From Octopus vulgaris (Eukaryota): a DNA stretch of 64,000 nucleotides. The notes under the pieces are model-generated. The model saw only the letters and a list, made by a program, of their open reading frames with translations, did not search any database and had not been told where the DNA came from. This document shows positions 1 to 13,299 of the stretch, piece by piece. Within the stretch, counting starts at the first letter, position 1. Every line of letters begins with the position of its first letter. Where the stretch lies: positions 156,054,001 through 156,118,000 of the forward strand of contig OX597816.1 in assembly GCA_951406725.2 (NCBI GenBank). The letters are read 5' to 3'. The position numbers and the translations under genes were made by a program.

Positions 1-299
1 GAGGTAGTAAGCGAGCTCTTTGGGGTTTAAATAGCTCACCTTCTTCAGGGACATTTTCAGCGGGATGGGCCGCTCGAACTGAAGTGAGTTGTAACTGAAC
101 CCCTACTTGCAAGGTCGTGCGATGTTTATCATGATATGAGAACACCGTGTTGCGCATATATGGTTGTGATGTATGTGCCTGGTGTATCCCTATCAGGTGC
201 GTAGTCCTGATGGGTATATTGAGAGTCGTATATATATATATATATATATATAAACCACCGTCACTTTTATGACATGTACTGTTTTCTCACTGAGTAATA

Positions 300-490
300 A
301 TAATTCTTTCTACTAAAGGCACAAGGTTTGAAAGTTTGGGGGAGGGGGCTAGTCGAACAAATCGACCCCAGTGTTCCACTGTTACATAATTCATCGACTT
401 CGGCGGAATTTGAAATCAGATGTTATGACATGAAATATCGCTTAGCATTTTCTCCAACGCATTAATAAAACTTCCAGCTCGCCACCTTAA
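300..490 (-). mobile_element. tRNA-derived SINE family B, degenerate copy
   Basis: Reverse complement begins taaggtggcgagctgg and contains aattccgccgaagtcga and ctggggtcgatt, shared with copies at 11979, 35060, 52860 and 59673. Confidence 0.7.
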
Positions 491-939
491 CAATAATAAT
501 AACTGGTCAATATAACAAGCCACGTAACACAATTTTCCACAAAAGTAATTGAGTGTAGCTAATAACAGAACATCCCCCGATTCAATAACTTTCTACAAAA
601 TGAGTCTGTGTTACTTTCTATGAAACGTCATCTTTTATTCGATCGTCAAAACATTTCACTTCATCTTCCTATTATTTGTTTAGATACCAAATCGATTCTT
701 GGACTGGTTTGCTGCCATATTATTCCCCATAGGAGACCAGGCTCTTCTATCTGCACTGTATTTGCTTTATACTCTTTTAGATTTTTCTTTACAGAAGATG
801 ATCTATTCTAACTCTGTACTTTTGCGGTACAATGAAATTTATACTCTACAGGGTGTTGCGTGCTTCTTGAAGGATTTCGAACACATTTATATGTCTTTAA
901 CATAGAATAGTTCTGTCTTTTTTTCTTCATCTATTTGCG

Positions 940-1097
940 TTGGAGTGGCTGCGTGGTAAGTAGCTTGCTTATGAACCACATGGTTCCGGTTCATTCCTAC
1001 TGCGTGGCACCTTGAACAAGCGTCTTCTACTATAGCCTCGGGCAGACCAAAGCCTTGTGAGTGGATTTGGTAGACGGAAACTGAAAGAAGCCCGTCG

Positions 1098-1153
<56 letters not shown>

Positions 1154-1395
1154 TGTGTGTGTGTGTATGTGTGTGTGTGTGTGTGTGTCTGTGTTTGTCC
1201 CCCCAACATCGCTTGACAACTGATGCTGGTGTGTATACGTCCCCGTAATTTAGGGGTTCGGCAAAAGAGACCGATAGAATAAGTACTAGGCTTACAAAGA
1301 ATAAGTCCTGGGATCGATTTGCTCGACTAAAGGCAGTACTCCAGCATGGCCACAGTCAAATGACTGAAACAAGTAAAAGAGTAAAGAGTAAAGAA
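940..1395 (+). mobile_element. tRNA-derived SINE family A, full length with internal (TA)n/(TATG)n/(TG)n
   Basis: A-box-like gtggctgcgtggt, B-box-like ggttcattcc, body gtggatttggtagacggaaactgaaagaagcccgtcg, internal microsatellite, 3' half ending in (agtaaag)n. Many copies in the window. Confidence 0.85.
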
Positions 1396-2509
1396 TATTT
1401 CCCTTTTATCAGTTCCCGAATGTTTCCCATCTCTATTTTGTCTCTTTCTGACTCAAGAAAATGTGATAGATATAGAAAGGCTGCTGGGAGCACCTCCCAG
1501 GTGTCATGCTGGTGGAAATAACGTTCGACTTCTCAGTTCTCTATCTCATCGGCTTTCGTCCTGATGTCATAGAGAATAACTGGATTCCATTTGCTCCCGC
1601 ATTTACTAATATGATATCTGTGAACGGTGATCCCTCGAAACAGCGGTAGACGCAGGAAAAGTCATGGGTTTCATGTCAGAAACAAACTGTTTTCGCTATC
1701 TCGGGTACTGCTCATTATTGTCTTCCTCATTTTCAATCCCTCTAACTCTGAAAAGAAGAGTTCAAATGGTTCTGATTAAGCGTGGTAGCAAACAAATACA
1801 GCGAGTTGGCAGAATCGGTACCACACCGGACAAAATGCTTAATGACAAATCTTCCGGCTCTTTACGCTATGGTAAGGAACAGAGAGGTCGAGGCCGACGT
1901 TGGTCTTCATAGTTTCGAAAAACTATGAAGATAATGGAGATAATGAAATAAGAACCAGTTGAATATGGTTTCGATTTATTCGACTTGCCCATCACCTCAA
2001 AATTGTTGGCGTTGTTCAAAAATTAGAAATCAATCTTTTGTACAAAAGGCACGAGGCCTGATGATGATGAAGATGGTGGTGATGATGATGATGATGATGA
2101 TTTCTTTGAATATCAGCAAATAATAAAAGCCGAGATATTTTAGAATTAAGTGTTTTAATTATGATTTACGATGACAATAAAAGCAGAATTCTTCGTATTT
2201 TGTCCATTTTTGTACCTCGAAGCGGGTAGGAAAGTTTATTTTCAAATCACAACACGAAAGTTTCACCTTTACCGTCGTTCTATGATTTTTAGCTTCTGAT
2301 CTTTCCACCGATGCCAATCCAGCTGAACGTTTAATGACAGACAATTTCACCAATACTGAATTCGTTACCATTTTATTTCCTTCTGCCTATCAAATATACA
2401 TGAGTTTCTAAAGATCTTGCGGAAAATGCTGAAAAGTTGTGCAACACATTTTTAAAGAAAACATTTGCAACGAATGCGTGCGTAGGTGTGTATGTGTGTG
2501 TATACATAT

Positions 2510-2596
<87 letters not shown>

Positions 2597-2661
2597 GTGT
2601 TACTCTAAGTAACAGTTTTGTGATGTTCTTGCGGCTTTCATAAAGAGTATCTATCTATTTT

Positions 2662-2726
<65 letters not shown>

Positions 2727-2778
2727 ATATCTATCTATCTATCTAACCATTGCTCTCTCTCTCTTTATATATATATAT

Positions 2779-2840
<62 letters not shown>

Positions 2841-2970
2841 CGTGTGTGTGTGCGTGTGTGCGTGTATATGTCTGTGTTTTTGCGTATTCATGGTTTTGGT
2901 GTGATTACTAGCAGAACTATATGGTTGGAAATCAAAATTATTACCACACACACGCACACACATATACACA

Positions 2971-3031
<61 letters not shown>

Positions 3032-6000
3032 GCGCTGACGAATTCACGACATATCCTGCGCTTCATCATGAGACGTCACAAAATGTATCGTCTGTAATGG
3101 TTTAGCCAAATTTTTGTATTACTGAGGTGAACCCTTACATGAATCAATTTCCTTGTGTCTTTAACGCTTTGCCTAACAGAGTTAAAGACACAATTTTCCA
3201 TCGGGTTCTGTTAGCAGAAATGACTCCGTTACAAGGATCGGGTTAGGCCTGACTTGAACATATCTTCCTCCTTTTCCCATAGCAGCTTCTAATAACATTT
3301 GGAGCCATGGTAAATATAGTATAATATATTGGAATAACTATAATATTGCATCTCCCATTTGCTTCCAACATAACAATAAAACAAAAGCATAACTGGCTTC
3401 CTTATTGTGATTTCATCTCCACTCAAACTTTTTTATTGGTGTTGTCTCAACTTTCATTACTCCTGTTACGTTCAACTCGTTATTACATCTCTAATATATC
3501 GACATTCACTGTTAACACATATTTTTAATTAACTCTCCCAATTATTCCCTTGTTTTTCCTGTCGAATTTAGCTTTTAATTTACGTTCCTTTTCTATTTTG
3601 TATTTTAGATTTACAGCTCTGCAGCTCTCGGTAATGTTTGCTTCTTTCCTCATGTTTCATTGTTTCTCATTTGAGGTTGCGTTTCAAAGACAAAGTTTCT
3701 TAATGTTTTGTTGATTTTGTTTTGGCCATATTTAGTTACGGTTCTAGTTGAACTCCCGATGTTTCACACACAGCTCATTCTTATATTCAACATATTTTTT
3801 GCTTAATTTACCTTTATATTCATTACAGTCATCTTGTTAGTTCAACAACCTGAACTAACTTGCATATGTTGCTATGTTGATCTCAGCTTTCCATGAGAGA
3901 CTGTTTGTTCTCCATTATAGAGCCGAAATTACATTTCTATAATTCTTTTTGCGCAAATATCATCTAACTTTACATCGACGCATAACCACCGTTTTACTCA
4001 TAAATTTATTGAATATTTTGAAATGAACACAAGATTATTTTACCGACAACAAAATGTATGAATTCATGTGCGGTGCAATGAACATTACGCAAACGATTTA
4101 GAATTCTATTTTCTTATCAATTTTAGAGTCAATTTTGTAGTGTGTAAAACATACTTGTAAACGCAGTTCTGACAGTTGAAAGTCAATAATGTCAATATAT
4201 ATTGATTAATACGTGCTCATTTTATACAACCATTCTTTAAATGTATCTTAACATTCATCTGCTTCCAGTGGCAATGTTGATATTTATTACATCCCACAGA
4301 GTAACGGTAAGTAAACTTTTCTATAGTAGTGAGAGTTCAAACTTATCAGGACGTGAATATTTTATTAAAATAAATTTTTATAATCTTATTTCTTTAAATC
4401 GATTTCTTACCAAGATTAAGTGAGTTAGATTCTTATTGAAAGTGAAAACAAGATTATGCAACAGTCATGCCTTTCCCATTGGTAAATTGAAAGCGAATTA
4501 AATGAACCATTGTAAATCGTAATTCACTACTTGACTTGATTCTTTTAAACCAATTGCACAGGTATATTTTCTTTTCAATAATTGACATTCAGAAATTAAA
4601 TTCAAATATTAACTATGTGAATGTTTCTCACGTTAATTATACTTCTAAATGTAGTAGTACCTAAAAGGCCCCAGTGGAATGATCTACTGTCTTTTTAATA
4701 ATTATCATACTTGTCATTAATCTTGTTAAGGAAAAGAAACACTTCTAATTCAACTTTCGTTGACAGTACATAGGTTGAATGAAAGACAGATTGGTCTTAA
4801 AAGGCAAAGAATTGATACAATATATTACGCTGCTGTGTATGTTAAGTAAACATTTCTCTTAAACTTTCATATGAAACTAAGGTGTGCTGAGTCGATAAGA
4901 TATTGCAGTAATAATTCATTTTTGACAGTTCTTATTAACTTGGAGGCGTCTTTCTTAGAATGCATATTTCTAAGAATTAATTATATGACCATCGTCATAT
5001 CTCGATACCGGAAATGTTTACTAACTCTTATGAGATAAGCTACCAGAAACAGGCGATTACTCTCACAGGGGATTCTATTTCTATTCTGCTTAACGTAGTA
5101 GAAATTAAGGAGACATATCCGGAGCTATGGACCTCATATGTTATCTGAATAGAGTAAAATTTAAATACCTGATTGTATGAACAACACACAAGAATAGAAT
5201 GTGAGAGACAAATGCTTTGAAAATATGTGCCTAAATCTAACGATATCGAACACTGCACCAACATGAGGTGTGAACTATAAATGCACAATGCTGTAGAGAA
5301 GTCGTCATTTAGTGAGGAAGATGTTACACACAAAAACTCTTAAAATTCTCAAGAGGATATCAGAGAGAACTTGTAATAATCTGTAATAAAAATACTCTTG
5401 CAGATATATATTCCACTGGAAACGCTTTGATGATGTCTTCTGACAGTTCTGAAAAACAAACCAAAACGAGAAAACGATGTGCAAAATAGTTATCTTAATG
5501 TTCCTGAATCCATTCGCAGTTCGCAGACCACTTATTAACTAAACGAAGAGACACTGACTCGATATTTCCATTTCATTAAGGATTGTTATAATAATTCGTT
5601 TAAGTTCGAATATAATCAAAACTTTCATGAATTATAAACAAATTCCTCCTTGACATGATCGATGTTAATATGGTACAGTAAGTACCGGAGATTTGGGGTG
5701 GCTGTACTTTGGATGTAGTGTGAACCGAATAGTTCACTGTTAGTACATTGTACTTCCTTCTACTCATATTCCACAAGCCCTCCTCTCTCTGCCACACCCC
5801 CTCTTCCTCTGTTATTTATATAATCTGTATGTATTTATGTCTATCCGTCTGTATGTATGTGTGTGTGTGTTTATGTGCATTATAATTTATCAATTGAAAA
5901 TGCATGCAAGTTTCCTTCCCCGAAAGGGTACTTGTTTTCTGAACGCCGAAAGACAGAAGGGAAAATTCTCGGTGGAATTGGAACTCAGAGAATTGAAACT

Positions 6001-7382
6001 GCAAGAGAAACCTTGAAACATTCTATCCGACACTTTAACGATCCTGCCAAATTCCCCGCATTATACAGATACATACATATACACACATACATACACACGC
6101 GCATACGCAAGCACGCGCACACACAGACATGCACACACATACACACACAAACAAACACAGGTACCAAACACAGACGTAAAGTGATGTAGATAGATAAACA
6201 GGTCCAAAACGAAAAAGAAAAATATTTAGCATACTTCGTAAACTTTTCATTTTATTCGTCTGAACACGTTCGAATCAGTACTATTACTTATGCTTCCCAG
6301 GAGTGAGAAACACTCCTGAACATTCGGATGCATGGTTCTAACTAATAAGGCCTTCACAGCTTAAAGATAAGGCTTGTTCTCAATGGCTAGTCAACAGCTT
6401 CTAGGTAAGGCTCCTTCTTATTGGCTGATTGAAATCATGCTGTGGGACTGATTGGTCGGGACTGATGACTGTTGCTTGAAAAAAAAACCATTGTTACCGG
6501 TCACGCCATCAAACGAACGTCACCTAGTTGTGATTAACTTGTTCATGGAACCATGTCTCGAAATAATCAGAAATATCTTTTCCACTTCTTTGATTTAAAA
6601 ACCTGAGTTCTTTACAGTGTGTCTATCCTTTAAAAAATCTGTGGAGTGCCCTTTTCTTTGAATTGTCTTTCTGCCTGTCTGTTTGTCTGTCTATTTCTGT
6701 CTCCCTCTCTGTTTGTGTGTGTCTGTGTGTGTGTGTGTTAGTGTGCGTGTGTATGTGTGCATGTGTGTGCACGTATATATATATATATGTTTGCATCCAT
6801 GTGTGCGTTCGTGTTTGTGTTTACGTGTACACACCGATGTAAACAAGTCTAATATGTTGTGTCTTCTTCTGTCCAAGGTGTACCTTAGCATTACAGATTT
6901 ATCAAATGGGTTCCAGACTAAAATAAATATCGCAGGCTATGTAGTATAAGACCATTGAAAAATTTACTCCTGTATGGATGCACTTACAAGCACTTATATG
7001 TATAAAAGAGTAAAAGTATTTCCGAAACAGACAGATTTACTAATCGTTGTAGCATGCTACGTATATCATAGCCTCCTTTTTGTATTTTACATTTGGCGGA
7101 ACAATCTCATCGGAGAAGAAAATAGTTGATCATTCAAGCTGCCTTCAGATTTGAAAAACACGCAACTGAATACTAATTGGATGAACGGTAAATCAGTGTC
7201 TTGTTGAATATATATATATCGTATTATATAAATGTTAATAGTGCATGTCGCAGAGTCTTGGAAAAGTCTAAAAGTTTGCGACTGAAGCGTGTCATAAATA
7301 ATGCATTGAAAATTATACGTGATAAAAACAGTCACTTCTGAGGCTATAGCAGAAGATACTTGCCCAACTATCTATCTATCTG

Positions 7383-7453
<71 letters not shown>

Positions 7454-7508
7454 GTCTGTCTGTCTGACTGTCTGCCTCTCTGTATTTCTATCTACTTATA
7501 TATAAATT

Positions 7509-7546
<38 letters not shown>

Positions 7547-7553
<7 letters not shown>

Positions 7554-7730
7554 ATATTTCGGAATGGTCATATTGCCAGTTTAGCCAACAAAAACACACG
7601 CACTATATATTTGGTGTTATTTTGCTTCAGTGATATTTATTTTTACATTAATCTTAATCTTATTTCTAATATACCATTCCGAAATATAACAATATCTGTT
7701 TCAACACACGACTTCACATAAAAAATCTTG
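7547..7730. repeat. Short TA-embedded repeat with 22-bp inverted repeat; related to 28995-29100
   Basis: tattgttatatttcggaatggt ... accattccgaaatataacaata. Similar sequence (gatattgttgtatttggagatggtcatatt...gcactatatatt) occurs at about 29030-29100. Confidence 0.5.
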
Positions 7731-7749
7731 CACAACAAATATTTAAACG

Positions 7750-7784
<35 letters not shown>

Positions 7785-8011
7785 TCACACACATATATAT
7801 ATGTATGTATCTGCATTATATACATGTAAATGCTTATATGTGTATGTATGTATTTGCATGCACATACACGTACATCACATAACCATCACCATCTCCCATA
7901 ATTGGTAAAGCTAATTTTGAGGTGTTATACTTGACAGTTTGGCAATCAACCAAATCACTACAGTCAATATCCTCCCTCACATGCAAGAGTCGATATTTAT
8001 CCAATCTCAAC

Positions 8012-8071
<60 letters not shown>

Positions 8072-8082
8072 GCATATATATA

Positions 8083-8118
<36 letters not shown>

Positions 8119-8120
8119 TG

Positions 8121-8158
<38 letters not shown>

Positions 8159-9480
8159 GTGTGCGTATATATATATACGAATATATGTGTGTATATATAT
8201 ATACACACATATATTTATATATATATACACATAGGTATGTACATGTTTGTATTTTTGTATGTATGTATGCACGTATGTGTGTAAGTATTTGTGAGGTATT
8301 GGTGAATTATATAGATGTGATAGTTTTAATTTGTCGCCAGGGATCAACGTAACTGTTTTCTAAGCATACTGCCTGTAGACATTAAAAGTATTTAGCCAAT
8401 TAAATATACACTCATTCCCACTACACATCCCGACTAGATGGAAATGTTATTAAAAAGACATTTGAGGTTTTTTCAAAGCAATCTGTGTCGAGTAAATTAA
8501 ATATATTTGAAAGATATAATGCATCTACGTTTGCATACAGTTGACAGATTCTTTTCAATATCATTGAGAAAATAATTCGGAAGCACATTTTTATGGGTTT
8601 GAAATCTTCTTAATTTAATCCATACAGTTCAATAAAATATCCTAAAAAAACTAGAGTATTATATGTATATAGTGAAGAATAGAATGTTCTGTATACACGG
8701 GGGATAGATACATAAAAGAGTAAAGAAATGTAAAAGTCACTGAAAGTTTGTATAATAAACTTTATGGTGATATTAGGATCATATTATATCATTACATCAT
8801 TACAAATTAAATAAGTATCGGTCTCACGATCAGACGATTGTCAACTTATATATAGAAAACTCTTTTGCTGTGAATAGGACACAATCTTTGGTAAAAAAAA
8901 AAAAAGGTACATATATGAAGCAATATATCAAGGGGAACAACTCTCACTTTTTCATGAAGCTCTCCAGTGTTTTTTGCGAGCATACAGTTGGTGGAGTCAT
9001 TTCATTTTTTACACAATTAATTATATTGCCGTACTAGGTTTTAAAGATTAAGCATTAATGTGTGAGTGAGTGTATATGCGTGTATATAATGCTCTAACAT
9101 CTCATTCCCTCTCTTGTAAAGTATGAATAGTAATTTATACCTAGAAATTGTGACTGGAATACATATATAACTTTTTGGCATACGTTGAAATTCCATAATT
9201 GAATGAAATATATGAGTCCAATAGAAAATGAATAACAAAGCAATTGCCAAGATATGAATACTTTCTTCATAAGAGTCATGTCGGACCTCTCATGACTCAG
9301 GTTTGAGTATAAATGGGTGTTCAGGAGTTAAGTAATTAAGTGACAATTAGTAATACAATTAAAATGAATGGGTGTTAAGTTCAGGTTTATATTTTTGTGT
9401 GTATATATATATGTGTGCGTATGTATGTATCTATCCATATACATACATACATGCATGCATATGTATATATATATATATAT

Positions 9481-9596
9481 ATCACGTGATCACGTGACCG
9501 ACCAGACCATCAGATGTTGTTACACATCGCTGGTCACAATGCGTTCGCATTGTTTTAGCCTTCGAATGACGCCACCCCGCTGGCTAAGCGAGCAGG

Positions 9597-9600
<4 letters not shown>
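9481..9600. repeat. 120-bp GC-richer, highly self-complementary cassette inserted in (TA)n
   Basis: Near-palindrome atcacgtgatcacgtgac; pairings gaccag/ctggtc, acaatgcg-tt-cgcattgt and ttagcc/ggctaa; (TA)n on both sides. Confidence 0.55.
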
Positions 9601-9632
<32 letters not shown>

Positions 9633-10174
9633 GTTAATTAACGATGGAACACTGAATGTATATTAAAATTTTAATGGACGCGAAACGTGCTGATACAAAG
9701 ATTATTTATGAGAAAGAATAAAACAGCTTCAGAATAAAAACGGTTCAGTTATTGTTTTTTCCCATATGTACTCCCTTTATATCAACACGTTAAACTTTCT
9801 TGAACAAATATACATCTACATTCGTATCTTATGCCTACATATACATATACATGCATACACACATATATACATTCATACATATATTTATATATGTATATAT
9901 TTATTATTAGATATTTGGGATCGTTACCAATAGATACGCAACTCCTATTTGAGGATAACCTCATCGTATGGTATACTTAGAGAAAATTACATCAAACAAA
10001 ATAAATAAAATAGCATACACTAAAATTAGTTAAATAAAAAATAACTTACCTGTTATTAGTCTGTGGGGGAAGAATGTAGTACTAGTAATCATTATACTTG
10101 CTTCTGCGCTGGTGGGTTGTGTATTAAGGATATACTTAATACATAAATCCACCTGTGCGTCCTCAAGCTATGTA

Positions 10175-10249
<75 letters not shown>

Positions 10250-10327
10250 ATAGTTTTATTTTTATAGCGTGCTTTGACTTCACTAACGAGCGCAGCTCTG
10301 TGTGCCTTGGGTATGTGCTGTGATTTG

Positions 10328-10386
<59 letters not shown>

Positions 10387-10515
10387 TACGGGTAAAAGTA
10401 ATTGTTGATCCCTAATATATTATATATATGTATATATCTTTATACACTCATTTATAATATATATTGTATATTTTGTACTACATACGTTGCATTTTATACA
10501 TTATATATATAGATA

Positions 10516-10682
10516 GATCGGAAACCACTACACATTCTTTATTTTCTCTCCTTGCTCTTTCTGGGTTCCTTTCTGTAGAAGAGCGTAGGCTCGAAAAGTT
10601 AAAGACATTTTCACTTCCCGAGCGTTTAACTAATACATCTGTGTTGTCTACACCATCTCTCACTTTTGTGAATTCTCCTCCT
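10516..10682 (+). mobile_element. Non-coding repeat family H3 with variant hammerhead motif (10569-10604)
   Basis: cttt-CTGTAGA-a-gagc(gtag)gctc-GAAAA-GTT-aaag. Homologous to 58404-58575 (minus) and 36955-37025. Flanked by (TA)n. Confidence 0.55.
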
Positions 10683-10699
10683 ATATATATATATGTATA

Positions 10700-10761
<62 letters not shown>

Positions 10762-10894
10762 AGGGATGGCCACTAAGTGGACATCCATTATGCTAGAAGT
10801 AGACCCCCTATAGTCTTACCACGAATATTCAATTTTTCACCCTTATTATTTTGAATTATATAAAGATATATATAATATATATAATATATATATA

Positions 10895-10960
<66 letters not shown>

Positions 10961-11978
10961 TGTATATATGCATGTTTGTATATATACACATGTGTTTACG
11001 TATGTTTGTATATATATATATAGTACGCCACTACACCATGTTCAGTTGTTATATATATATATACACATATATATGCGTGTTTTTTTGTATGTGTATGCAT
11101 ATGTGCGTGCGATCTGTGTTTCCGGGACTCCATTTTTTATGAAATATTACTGCAATCATAACGACTGAAAATGGCGTAGCGGCGTACTATATTTCCCAAG
11201 GAGGAGAAGCTATTTCTTCTATAACTGTTATTAAAATGTCTTTCGAATTTTTCATAGTTATTATATTATACTTTGCTGAGGTATTTGTAGTAATTATATT
11301 AAATTTCGATATTTCACTTATATTACCGGTTAGTTGTTTACAATGTTTATATTCTGAGAGATAGTGATTATGTTTTAGAGGTGTAAAGAAATAAGATGAT
11401 ATTTACGATAAATTGTAAAACCATTAGAAATTATTAAAGAAATTATTAAAGACAAGAACGTGGGTTTCATAACTAAAACAGGCAAAATTATTTAAAACAA
11501 TAATGTAGGTTATAAACAAAGGAAATGGCAGGTTGTATATTCGCACAACAAAATAAAAATGAGTCAAAGATACAAAATATTGGTAAGAGCACTGGAGCAT
11601 GAGATAATGAAGAAACATTGCAGCGACCAACGGCCGAATGCAGTCTGCTAACATGCGAAAAGATAAGGGGATAATGACAAAGTTGTTACTTTAAGAAATG
11701 ATGCCAAAGGCTGATTGATCTTTAACTGAATACTTTGTCAAAAAATGTAGCTGATATCAGTCTTTATAATTTACTGATCTATTCTATATTTTTAATGTTA
11801 AAAATAAAGAATATAGGAAATTATTATTGTCATGTTAATTATGTTATCTTTTTAACCGGCGATGTGAATAAATATTGTAAAAGATGACCTCGTCTATATT
11901 GCATGTAGAAATAATAGTTTAAATAATATATGATTCTATGATTTTTAAAAATAGATTTCAGTATTGCTGTTGAAGAAA

Positions 11979-12190
11979 AGGCAGCGAGCTAGCAGATTCG
12001 TTAGAACGCCGGTAAAAATGTTTAATGGCATTTCGTCAGCCTCTAGATTCTGAATTTAAATTCCGCCGAGGTCGACTTTACATTTCGGGATAGATAAAAT
12101 TAGTACCAGTTGAGCACTGGGGTTGATATAATCGGCTTTAACTCTCTCACAAAACTGCTGGTGTTGTGGCAAAACGTAAAACCAGTATTG
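11979..12190 (+). mobile_element. tRNA-derived SINE family B
   Basis: aggcagcgagctagcaga...aaattccgccgaggtcgacttt...agtaccagttgagcactgggg. Confidence 0.75.
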
Positions 12191-12281
12191 TTGATAACGA
12201 AAAGGTGTCGAGTTGGCAGACTCGTTTCTGTGCTTTCCAACCCCTCACCAGTTATCGGCTATATCACATATATATATATAT

Positions 12282-12319
<38 letters not shown>

Positions 12320-12596
12320 AATAATAAAAGGGTAAAATTAATTAATTATTAATTAATTTTACCAAGTAGTGTCCAGTATGTAAAAAAACCATTTACGGTA
12401 TATTTAAAACATTACGTTATATAATTAGGGTTCAGTAAAATAATTTACTTTACCACACACCGAACTTTTGGAAATAGCAAAAAATCTTAGCTATTTCCTC
12501 TACTATAAGAAAAGTCTCCCAGACAACGTATACTCAAAAATAATTCACGCAAGTATAGAGGGAAAAATAACGAAAGATCACACGTACATCGATTCC

Positions 12597-12657
12597 TTGA
12601 GAACGCCGTTTCTGGATTAGTTGGATATAGAGATCAACATTTCCGTCATCAGCTCAA
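12597..12657 (-). ncRNA. Minimal type-I hammerhead ribozyme motif (mirror copy)
   Basis: Exact reverse complement of 12677-12737. Confidence 0.75.
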
Positions 12658-12676
12658 GATTTCTTTATATTTGGAT

Positions 12677-12737
12677 TTGAGCTGATGACGGAAATGTTGA
12701 TCTCTATATCCAACTAATCCAGAAACGGCGTTCTCAA
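12677..12737 (+). ncRNA. Minimal type-I hammerhead ribozyme motif
   Basis: Stem I ttgag, CTGATGA (12682-12688), stem II gga..gttg..caac..tcc, GAAAC (12722-12726), ggc, GTT, stem I' ctcaa. Confidence 0.75.
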
Positions 12738-13114
12738 GGAATCGATGTACGTGTGATCTTTCGTTATTTTTCCCTCTATACCTGCGTGAATTATTTTTGA
12801 ATATACATTGTCTGGGAGATTTTTCTTATAGTAGAGGAAATAGCTAAGATTTTTTGGCTGCTATTTCTAAAAGTTCGGTGTGTGGTAAAGTAAATTATTT
12901 TACTGAACCCTAATTATATAACGTAATGTTTTATATATATATGTGTGTGTGTGTATGTGTGTATGTGTGTGTGCATGTATGTATGTAAATTTGGCCTGTA
13001 GTCAACTTTAATCTGCCTGTACTCCATCTATGTATTTATTGGCTTATACACCTTTCTTTGGTCGTATTGTTACCCATTATACGCATTCACGCGCACGCAC
13101 ACACACTGTCGCGT

Positions 13115-13221
<107 letters not shown>

Positions 13222-13299
13222 TGTATACATGTATACAGTGTCATAGCTACATTTATTCAATCTCGCTCATATGGTGATTTTACCTTACTTTGAATAGAT

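Larger units (their letters stand above)
12317..12933. mobile_element. Hammerhead-bearing non-coding retroelement family H1, head-to-head foldback (arms 12405-12657 / 12677-12933)
   Basis: About 253-bp near-perfect inverted arms with a 19-bp spacer, inserted in (TA)n. Homologous to 40502-41565. Confidence 0.8.

Noticed and set aside
940-1015. tRNA-like sequences as tRNA genes (also 15128, 37415, 58875)
   Set aside because: They continue into SINE bodies and lack complete cloverleaves.
1600-1730. ETNCFRYLG RT-like motif
   Set aside because: Too short and degenerate to call; may be an old LINE scrap.
3033-3082. ctgacga...gagacgtc after (TA)n
   Set aside because: GAAA core is broken and stems do not pair convincingly.
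6415-6485. Two ATTGG boxes and ctgatga...gaaa
   Set aside because: No stem II or stem I pairing for a hammerhead, and no downstream gene to support a promoter.
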